Under the pieces are notes generated by a model. The model made no database searches. It had not been told where the DNA came from and saw only the letters and a list, made by a program, of their open reading frames with translations. Positions 1 through 6,892 of a stretch of DNA of 60,749 bases are shown piece by piece (the first letter of the stretch is position 1; the number at the start of each line of letters is the position of its first letter). The DNA comes from Pirellulales bacterium (GTDB taxonomy: Bacteria > Planctomycetota > Planctomycetia > Pirellulales > PALSA-1355): NCBI GenBank assembly GCA_041750795.1, contig JBGSYQ010000368.1, positions 1 to 60,749 of the forward strand. Direction: 5' to 3'. The translations under genes and the position numbers were made by a program.

Positions 1-927
1 TTCCGTCAAGCCGTCGAGGCCGAGATAGTGGACGGAGTTGCGAATCGGGGACAAGGGGTTTCTCAGTTCGTGGGCCAACGTTGCCAGAAACTCATCTTTG
101 TGGCGGCTGGCTTCCGCAAGTTCGTCCGCTCGCTCTCGAAGTGCGGACACGTCTTCCACGGCAAGCAAGATTAACTCCGGGTGTTTGGACTCTGGCGGGA
201 ATGGCCGAGCGTTGAGCAGCATGGTCTTTCGACCGAGTTCGGGAAAGGAGTGCTCAACTTCGAAGTCGTGTACAGATTGATTGCGAGAAAGAACTTCGTC
301 CAGCAACTTCCGTAGACCGGGAATGTCCCACTGTCCGTTGCCCAGTTCGTACACGAGGCGGTTCTCCGTTTCCTCCTTCGTCACCTGGAACGTGTCGTAG
401 AAGGAAAGGTTCGCCGTCTTGACTCGCAGATCGCTGTCGAGAACGATGAACGGTTCTCGCAACGTTGCAATGATGTCGTCGGCGTAGCCAAGAGCTTTCT
501 CCAATGCCCGTTCCGTCTTGCGCCGCTCGGTGATATCCCGAAAGACCATTACGACACCGGCGACTTCACCTCTGTCGTTCGTGATCGGGGCCGCACTGTC
601 GCTGATCGATCGTTCCGTGCCGTCTTTGGCGATGAGCAGGCTATGGCTCGCCAGTTTGACAGTACGGTCTTCCCTCAGTGCTTCGACGGTGGGAATCTCG
701 ACCGGCTGACGGGTTTCTTCATTGACGATGCGAATCACGCAGTCGAGCGGCTGCCCCACGGCCTCTTGCGTCCACCCAGTCAAGGATTCCGCGACAGGAT
801 TGAGGAAAGTTACTCGGCCTGCCAAATCAATCGTGATGACCGCGTCGCCAATGCATGAAAGCGTGACGAGCAGCCAGTCCCGCTGTTCGTGCAACGCATC
901 ATCGTTGTCCGGCGAATGGTCAGCCAT
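1..927 (-). CDS. PAS-PAS sensor histidine kinase, runs off the left window edge
   Basis: Not in the ORF track. Manual translation MADHSPDNDDALHEQRDWLLVTLSCIGDAVITID...(PAS)...KDEFLATLAHELRNPLSPIRN with an H-box; frame stays open to base 1. Confidence 0.9.
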   Translation of the reverse strand, partial: MADHSPDNDDALHEQRDWLLVTLSCIGDAVITIDLAGRVTFLNPVAESLTGWTQEAVGQPLDCVIRIVNEETRQPVEIPTVEALREDRTVKLASHSLLIAKDGTERSISDSAAPITNDRGEVAGVVMVFRDITERRKTERALEKALGYADDIIATLREPFIVLDSDLRVKTANLSFYDTFQVTKEETENRLVYELGNGQWDIPGLRKLLDEVLSRNQSVHDFEVEHSFPELGRKTMLLNARPFPPESKHPELILLAVEDVSALRERADELAEASRHKDEFLATLAHELRNPLSPIRNSVHYLGLDGLTE

Positions 928-1206
928 GCAGTTACCCCAACCAAATTCTCGACCGTGCCGACCGCGAGAGTCGGCGTCATGATGCCTGCGGCCATTTTAT
1001 CGATCGGCCAGCCTGCCAAAAAGAGCCTTGGTAGCTCGATGAAGTTGGCAGCGGGGGGCTGGGAGGCGACGGGAATCATCAACTCGCAGGCAAGTGAGAT
1101 ACTCCGAAAACCGACCGTATTGGGGACACCCGCGCCGGGCAATGCTTGCTCCGGCCCTTCAGACTCGCGTTGGTCAAGCCCGTTATTCAGCCCTGACCAG
1201 AGCGGC

Positions 1207-1587
1207 CTATTTTTTCCGCATTTCGCGGAATCCGGGCGATTCGGCCAACGTAAAGACCACCACCTCTTCGCCGGTCGTGGTGCTAATGTCGTGGTGCAAG
1301 CTCAAGACCTTGACACCAGTGATTTCCTCGACCATAGCCTCCATGACCGGCCTCGCGGTTTCGATCAGATGGGTCCGCACCTGCTTGAGTAAATCTCTTC
1401 CTTTTTCCGGCTGCAGCGTTTTGACCAAATGCTTCTCGGCCGCGGTCAAGACCCCGTGCAGGCGAACCACCAGGCAATCGTTAAACAGATGCGCATGAAT
1501 CTGCTGAGGTCCCCGGCCCATGTACTCTTGCTCAAATCGGTTGAGGCAATCGCAAATGGCAGCTTCGATTTCTCCTTGTGTTTTCAT
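1207..1587 (-). CDS. DUF2294 (MpsC-like) family protein
   Basis: MKTQGEIEAAI...EYMGRGP...VVRLHGVLTAAEKHL...SLHHDISTTTGEEVVVFTL; GAGG RBS before ATG at 1587. Confidence 0.85.
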   Translation of the reverse strand: MKTQGEIEAAICDCLNRFEQEYMGRGPQQIHAHLFNDCLVVRLHGVLTAAEKHLVKTLQPEKGRDLLKQVRTHLIETARPVMEAMVEEITGVKVLSLHHDISTTTGEEVVVFTLAESPGFREMRKK

Positions 1588-2006
1588 GACGACCTCAGCC
1601 AACGACCATACGCAGCAAGCGCACACTCCAGGCGCAAAAAGGCTGCTAATTGGAAATCAATGGAGGATACCGCTCAATCCAGCTCCGCACCAACCGAAAC
1701 CGCTTGATTTTAACCGCCGATTGGACTCCAAAGAAGGCCTGTCGGCCAACTGGTGCCATTTCGAATCCTGATGCCAGCGCACCGGCGCTCGATGGCGCCG
1801 GCGTCGGTGCCCTCATCGAGTATAGCCATGCGGACGACAGCGATGGGCCCCCAAAAGCCGGATTCGACCGGCTCATCAGCTACGACGCACTCACCGACTT
1901 GCTGCGGCAGCGCGGCCGGTGAAATCGGCCGCGTTCGGACGCTACTTGCGACTCCCTCGATCGGCTGGCGTAAACAATGATATTCATCGAATTGTTGAGG
2001 TTTCTT

Positions 2007-2035
2007 TTGCTTTCCATCGGTGTGTGCGATATAGT
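2007..2035 (+). promoter_or_regulatory. sigma70-like promoter
   Basis: TTGCTT-N17-TATAGT upstream of leader RNA copy 1. Confidence 0.55.
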
Positions 2036-2093
2036 TGTGTAGCGAGCCAGCATGAGTTGGATTGCTCTGGCTGGCAAGAACGCGATCTGAATC

Positions 2094-2200
2094 GTCGGAC
2101 GACTAACTGAAGGGCAGCCCGGCCTCGGCCGGATGGCCCATTAACGAGTAAGCCGACGTGGTGGAAGACCTTCGGGTATTCTGCCACGTCGGCTTTTTTT
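2094..2200 (+). ncRNA. Candidate cis-regulatory leader RNA (riboswitch/attenuator-like), copy 1
   Basis: Near-identical copy at 5285-5390 with unrelated flanks; 5' GTCGG can pair with CCGAC in the 5' arm of the terminator. Confidence 0.7.
2151..2200 (+). terminator. Intrinsic terminator inside a 5' leader
   Basis: ~20-bp stem AGCCGACGTGG...CCACGTCGGCT capped by C(TTCG)G and ending in a T7 run, 44 nt before the csbD start. Confidence 0.85.
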
Positions 2201-2244
2201 GCGCGGTACTCTCGACAACCTCTAGAGCAACAGGAGTCGTCATC

Positions 2245-2421
2245 GTGGGTGGCAAGACAGACGTGGCGAAAGGCCGAATCAAGGAAGCCGCGGGCGTATT
2301 GACCGGCAATGCGAAGCTTCGCGCCGAAGGCAGGACCGACCAGTCAGTCGGCAAAGTCAAGCAAGTCGCCGGAAGAGCCCTCGGCAATGTCAAGCGAAGC
2401 GTGAAAAAACTGCGCGACTGA
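2245..2421 (+). CDS. csbD: CsbD-family general stress protein
   Basis: MGGKTDVAKGRIKEAAGVLTGNAKLRAEGRTDQSVGKVK; AGGAG RBS before the GTG start. Confidence 0.85.
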   Translation: MGGKTDVAKGRIKEAAGVLTGNAKLRAEGRTDQSVGKVKQVAGRALGNVKRSVKKLRD

Positions 2422-2507
2422 AGCGTGCAATGCGCCAACGCGAATAGGGAGTTGGTACGAGGCCGTGGCCGAAGCCGACTTGGTTTAATCAACGAAGGGG
2501 ATCGAAA

Positions 2508-2600
2508 ATGGACAGTACTACTCTGATTATATTGATCGTCGTGTTGTTCCTTCTGTTCGGCGGGGGCGGCGGCTACTATTGGCGCCGGGGACGGAGTTGA
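2508..2600 (+). CDS. 30-aa single-TM microprotein with GGGG motif and basic tail
   Basis: MDSTTLIILIVVLFLLFGGGGGYYWRRGRS; AAGGGG RBS; paralog at 12716-12802. Confidence 0.7.
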   Translation: MDSTTLIILIVVLFLLFGGGGGYYWRRGRS

Positions 2601-2676
2601 GCGTCCCGTGTCATGAATACGGTACTAGCTGGCTGTCGTGCGGGCAACTTCTTCACATCTTTGTCGGGAATGGCGT

Positions 2677-3483
2677 ATGAGAGTTACGCGTTACTCGGTT
2701 AGTTTGTTGGCGGCGCTGACCATGTGGCTGGTTGCCGGCCCGGCGCCAACGCGCGCCGCCGATGAACCCAACGCCCGGCCCAATAACCTGGCTTCGGAGT
2801 ACCTCGTTCCACAAAGCGAAATTGTCGCGATTCGCCTGAGTATCGTCGACGAGAAGCTGGCTCTGAGTTGGGCGGTTGAAACGCACATCCAGATCGAGTT
2901 GGCGACGTTCGCGCTGGCTGGCATCCGTCACGAAGACGTGAAGGACTTCACCGAGAGAAAACTGCAGCACTACCGGCAGGTGTTCAATACCCTGGATGAG
3001 TTGACTGGTGGCCGGGCAGGCAAAGTCTTGGCGCGCGCGACGCGCAACACCGGGGTGAAGACAACCAGTGACAATGCTGCTGCAACGGCGGGCAACTCCA
3101 GGCCCGCCCGGCGCGGCCGCAAGGGAGGAATTGGCGCCATCGTGCAGAATGCCACCGAAAACGCGATTCTTCGCGTCCGTCTGGCAATAGGACAGGAGTA
3201 TGCTCAATTGCTGCGGGTCGAGCTTGAAACGTCGCCGCCTGAAGAGTTCGATCGCCGCTATGCTTCTGTTGAAGGCTTTAACCAGATGCAGGTGTTGGCC
3301 ACGCTGCGCGTGTTCGAGCAGCAAGCATCGCCCGGGTTCGCGCAAATTGTTCATCTGGCGACGGTCGCCGCCGAATCGCAGGCCAGTGAGGGTCGCCAAG
3401 TGATCGAACAATTCAAGAATCTGCCGCTAGCGCCGCCCGTCAACGCCGGGAACGTGGTGAGTGCGGCCTTAGAGAAGTCATAG
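2677..3483 (+). CDS. Secreted protein, distant DUF4142/ferritin-like
   Basis: Signal peptide ending PTRAA-D; helical IELATFA...EDVKDF and FDRRY...LATLRVFEQQAS segments. Confidence 0.55.
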   Translation: MRVTRYSVSLLAALTMWLVAGPAPTRAADEPNARPNNLASEYLVPQSEIVAIRLSIVDEKLALSWAVETHIQIELATFALAGIRHEDVKDFTERKLQHYRQVFNTLDELTGGRAGKVLARATRNTGVKTTSDNAAATAGNSRPARRGRKGGIGAIVQNATENAILRVRLAIGQEYAQLLRVELETSPPEEFDRRYASVEGFNQMQVLATLRVFEQQASPGFAQIVHLATVAAESQASEGRQVIEQFKNLPLAPPVNAGNVVSAALEKS

Positions 3484-3523
3484 TCGGTCGAAACCAGACC
3501 AGCACAAGAAGCGAGACGCTCGA

Positions 3524-4039
3524 GTGGTACTCAGAGAATCTGGCGATGTTGGACGAAATGCTGCGCCGCGACCACAAGAGTGTGTCGTCGATCACGTAGT
3601 CATTTCGGAGCAAGTGCTGGTCGAGCACCAGGTTTTGGCGCACATTCTCAGCGCGCTGCGCGCGACTATTGGTTGGAGGTTTCAACGGGCGGATCTCACC
3701 AGAAAAGTCGCGAGTCTGCGGTTTGTCGGACAATCGCTGCAGCGACATCTCAAGCATTTGATGGGTCTCGAAGAGGAAGACGGCTATATGTTCGTGATCC
3801 TGGAGTCTCGACCGGAATCGAGTGATGAAATCGAGGCACTACGACAGGAGCACGGCCAACTGGGCAAGGGTCTGAGTCGCATTCTGAGGAGGTTACGCCT
3901 CGTCCAGACCACAGACGCCTTGGCGCTCGGCAATATCTCGGAGGATCTGCTGGCGCTCTTGGAAAAGCTGGACGAGCACAGCCACAAAGAAATGGGCCTC
4001 ATCCAACACGCCCTGTTGGACGAAGGCGGAGAAAGGTAG
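3524..4039 (+). CDS. Hemerythrin/HHE-like protein (start uncertain)
   Basis: EH...RHLKHLMGLEEEDGY...LRQEH...EHSHKE pattern of metal-binding His/Glu. Confidence 0.65.
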   Translation: MVLRESGDVGRNAAPRPQECVVDHVVISEQVLVEHQVLAHILSALRATIGWRFQRADLTRKVASLRFVGQSLQRHLKHLMGLEEEDGYMFVILESRPESSDEIEALRQEHGQLGKGLSRILRRLRLVQTTDALALGNISEDLLALLEKLDEHSHKEMGLIQHALLDEGGER

Positions 4040-4108
4040 TCAGGCCGACCAGGCTTTCGTGTCTATTGACGGGCGCGCAAGAGGCAGCGGATCTGCTAGC
4101 GGCCGACG

Positions 4109-4324
4109 ATGAGAATGATCATGCGCTGTTGGATGTTCGAACGCTGGCGTTGCTACTGGCAGGGGCACCGCGATTTATCGCCGACCTCAAGCTACGGCGG
4201 CTTGCTCGCCGAAGGTCGCGTGCGTGATCTGCGTTTCTGCGCTGCCTGTGATAACTACGTCTGGATGGAGCGTCCGCGGAATTCCGTCGAGCTGCTTCCG
4301 GCGTGGGAGAACCTGAATGTCTAG
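4109..4324 (+). CDS. Small Cys/Trp-rich hypothetical protein
   Basis: 71 aa, CxxxGH and CAAC motifs, co-oriented within the operon. Confidence 0.4.
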   Translation: MRMIMRCWMFERWRCYWQGHRDLSPTSSYGGLLAEGRVRDLRFCAACDNYVWMERPRNSVELLPAWENLNV

Positions 4325-4354
4325 TTGGCACGATCAACTCACGGAGCACATTCC

Positions 4355-4627
4355 ATGGCACGGGGCGCGATCCGGAAACTGGTTCAACTATCCGCGGGGA
4401 CGGAAATCCCCAGCACGCACCTGGTTGCGACCCACAATGGAGTGGGTTATGGCTATATTGGCACGCCCGCGGGAGATGTGTTCTTCGACGCCGCCGCGGT
4501 CAAGAACCGCCGTTTCGACCAACTAGCAGGATGTATGACGGTCGAGTACGTCTTGGACGATGCACCGTATTTGCGTTCGTCCAGTGTGACCGTGATCGAC
4601 GATCGAGCGGGTGTCGAGTCGATGTGA
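4355..4627 (+). CDS. Cold-shock-domain-like protein
   Basis: MARGAIRKL...GYGYI (RNP1-like)...DVFFD (RNP2-like)...FDQL..MTVEY; GGAG RBS. Confidence 0.65.
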   Translation: MARGAIRKLVQLSAGTEIPSTHLVATHNGVGYGYIGTPAGDVFFDAAAVKNRRFDQLAGCMTVEYVLDDAPYLRSSSVTVIDDRAGVESM

Positions 4628-4666
4628 ACGACGATTGGGACAACTTCATGTCCGGAGGCAGTAAAA

Positions 4667-4897
4667 GTGCTAGTTCCCTTGATGGCGATGGTGGGGCTGG
4701 GCATATGCGTCGCGTTCCTGGCGATCGCATTCTGGTACACGCAAGTGGGCCGGCGAACGTGCGGCGAATGTGGCGGCACTCTGCCCGTGATTCGCTTGGC
4801 CAGCAGATCCCAGGGTTCCGCATCGGGTGATTGGGCGTGTCCCAAGTGCGGTACCCGATTTGATCGTCATGGGCGGGTGCGCCAGTTTCCAACCTAA
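4667..4897 (+). CDS. Membrane-anchored zinc-ribbon protein
   Basis: N-terminal TM segment, CGEC and CPKC; GGAGG RBS. Confidence 0.55.
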   Translation: MLVPLMAMVGLGICVAFLAIAFWYTQVGRRTCGECGGTLPVIRLASRSQGSASGDWACPKCGTRFDRHGRVRQFPT

Positions 4898-4945
4898 AAC
4901 GATGATATTGAAGCAAGAAAGTTTGCCCGCGAGGGAAGGCGATTC

Positions 4946-5134
4946 ATGCAACTCTGTAAGTCGTGTCGATCTCTGATGATTGGCCAAGAGGCGGTCAAGT
5001 GGCTTCCGCGCCTCAAACACGTATTGCGACGTCATGGCGCCGGCGCGGAAACGCTGGCTGTCGTGGCGGACTCGCTCGGGCCGATGTGCGATAAATGCCG
5101 TAAGAACATGGATCAATCGATTCGTGAGGGCTAG
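4946..5134 (+). CDS. Small CxxC-pair hypothetical protein
   Basis: CKSC...CDKC, 62 aa, GGGAAGG RBS. Confidence 0.45.
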   Translation: MQLCKSCRSLMIGQEAVKWLPRLKHVLRRHGAGAETLAVVADSLGPMCDKCRKNMDQSIREG

Positions 5135-5200
5135 CTGCGATCGTGGAAGGGGAATCTATTGCTGAATTGCGACGAATAGCGCATCGCAGCCATTTGGCGT

Positions 5201-5228
5201 TTGCATTCCCTGACGCAAGCGCTAGAAT
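5201..5228 (+). promoter_or_regulatory. sigma70-like promoter
   Basis: TTGCAT-N16-TAGAAT upstream of leader RNA copy 2. Confidence 0.55.
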
Positions 5229-5284
5229 ATAGATGTTCGCGGAATGCCAGCCACTGGAAATGGTTTCCGCGGATTGTTGAGTTT

Positions 5285-5390
5285 GTCGGACGACTAACTA
5301 AAGGGCAGCCCGGCGGTGCCGAGCGGCTCGTTAACGGGTAAGCCGACGTGGTGGAAGACCTTCGGGTGTTCTGCCACGTCGGCTTTTTTT
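5285..5390 (+). ncRNA. Candidate cis-regulatory leader RNA, copy 2
   Basis: Homologous to 2094-2200; differences fall mainly in loops/mismatches or give G-U-compatible pairs. Confidence 0.7.
5341..5390 (+). terminator. Intrinsic terminator inside a 5' leader
   Basis: Same hairpin and T7 as 2151-2200; the single difference is at the unpaired stem position. Confidence 0.85.
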
Positions 5391-5433
5391 GTTTTGGTGG
5401 TGTGCGACGCCCGCCACCACAACGAGGATTTAT

Positions 5434-5853
5434 ATGGATAGCTCGAATTCGGCCATGGCGAAGCAGGTTGCCCTAGCAGCCTGCGATTTCGAACGGCGAC
5501 GGACGGGCAACTTGCCCCGCTCGGTAACCGTGGTGCTAAGTGGCGAGACGCTGGTGATCACGCTTCATGGTGCGTTGTCGCCGGCCGAGTTGGCGCTGGC
5601 CAAAAGTCCGGAGGGCGCCGCGCAGGTCCAAGAGTTTCACCGCCAACTGTTCGATAACTCCGCCGATTCCCTGCGGCAGGAGATCAAACGAATCACCGGC
5701 GTGGATGTGCGCGAAGCGGCTGTCGAAGTCGAACCGACGACCGGCACCGTCGTGAAGGCGTTCACAGCCGGCACTGTGGTCCAAGTGTTCCTGCTCGCCG
5801 ACAGCGTAACTGCCGGCACCTGGAGCGGGAGCGGGCGTGACGGTCAGAACTGA
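5434..5853 (+). CDS. DUF2294 (MpsC-like) family protein
   Basis: RTGNLPRSVTVVLSGETLVITLHGALSPAE...LRQEIKRITGVDV; GAGG RBS. Confidence 0.8.
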   Translation: MDSSNSAMAKQVALAACDFERRRTGNLPRSVTVVLSGETLVITLHGALSPAELALAKSPEGAAQVQEFHRQLFDNSADSLRQEIKRITGVDVREAAVEVEPTTGTVVKAFTAGTVVQVFLLADSVTAGTWSGSGRDGQN

Positions 5854-5870
5854 GGCATGGAGGTTCTACG

Positions 5871-6056
5871 ATGTTGGTCTTGACGAGAAAAAGCCAGGAG
5901 TCCGTTGTGGTCGGAGGGTCCGATCGTTTCCAGTCCATTTTGAAAGTCAAAGTGCTCGAGATTCGGGGTGAGAAAGTGAAACTGGGTTTTGACGTCGATG
6001 CCGATGTTCCAGTCCATCGTTTGGAAGTGTGGGAACGCATCAATGCTGGCGGCTAG
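5871..6056 (+). CDS. csrA: Carbon storage regulator CsrA-family protein
   Basis: MLVLTRKSQESVVVG...VKVLEIRGEKVKLGFD...VPVHRLEV; GGAGG RBS. Confidence 0.85.
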   Translation: MLVLTRKSQESVVVGGSDRFQSILKVKVLEIRGEKVKLGFDVDADVPVHRLEVWERINAGG

Positions 6057-6136
6057 CCGAGTAACGGTTACGCTGGCTCCATCGGTCGGGCTCGGGCGAG
6101 AGGCGCGCATCGGACTGCCTACACGCGGAGTAAACC

Positions 6137-6370
6137 ATGGTGATGGGAACAATGAACAGAATGAAGATCGTGGCCATCGCCCTGATCGCCTTGGTGGTTG
6201 TGGTCGTGGTCTTGCAGAACACGCAAACCGTCGACACGAAGCTGCTGTTTCTAACGGTGACGATGCCGAACGCGGCACTATTGTTCGGAACGTTGATCAT
6301 CGGTTTCGCGATCGGTGTATTAACCGCAGGGCACATCGTGTCGACTGCAAAACGCAAGCCGCTGGAGTAA
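6137..6370 (+). CDS. LapA/DUF1049-like small membrane protein
   Basis: TM-QNTQTV-...-TM (GFAIG) pattern. Confidence 0.7.
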   Translation: MVMGTMNRMKIVAIALIALVVVVVVLQNTQTVDTKLLFLTVTMPNAALLFGTLIIGFAIGVLTAGHIVSTAKRKPLE

Positions 6371-6660
6371 GCATCCGCCGGAAGAGCGGATTGGACAACC
6401 TGAATCACGATGCTGCTCAACCCAGTACCAAATATCACGCGGCGGGAAGTACTCACAAGTACGGAGCGATCGGCCGCGAATGAGATCGTAGAGGCGGAAG
6501 GGGCGCTGCGTTCGATGACCCGGAGTGGTCGCACGACAAGCAACACGAGGTGGCACGACCGCCCCTGGGGCCGTCCGCAGCGCCCTCTTTCCTAACCGTG
6601 GCCAAATTAATCGTGATTCTCGGAAATGATTTTGCCCTTATTGCAAATTTGAGGTGACCT

Positions 6661-6807
6661 ATGTTGTGGACCATCCTGCTTGTCGTATTGCTGTTGTGGG
6701 CATTGGGATTTGGATTCGGTGTTGGGGGCGGGTTAGTTCACGCTCTCCTGGTCATCGCGGTCGTGGTGTTGCTCTTCAACGTTCTTCAGGGACGCCGACT
6801 CGCGTAG
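6661..6807 (+). CDS. lmo0937-like small membrane protein, copy 1
   Basis: MLWTILLVVLLLWALGFGFGVGGGLVHALLVIAVVVLLFNVLQGRRLA; GAGGTG RBS; not in the ORF track. Confidence 0.85.
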   Translation: MLWTILLVVLLLWALGFGFGVGGGLVHALLVIAVVVLLFNVLQGRRLA

Positions 6808-6892
6808 GTTGGTTCTTGGATCGAGTGACTTGATGCACAAACACGACTGACAGTAGCGGAAGCATTCGGCGCCGCACATTTTTCAGAAAAGG

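Noticed and set aside
2052..2106. Leader-peptide attenuation for the repeated RNA (uORFs MSWIALAGKNAI at 2052-2090 and MPATGNGFRGLLSLSDD at 5244-5297)
   Set aside because: The peptides are unrelated between copies, lack clear RBSs, stop at different motif positions and have no regulatory codon runs
2158..2244. ORF-track N-terminal extensions of csbD (from 2158) and DUF2294 (from 5389)
   Set aside because: They run through or begin in the terminator; RBS-supported starts are 2245 and 5434
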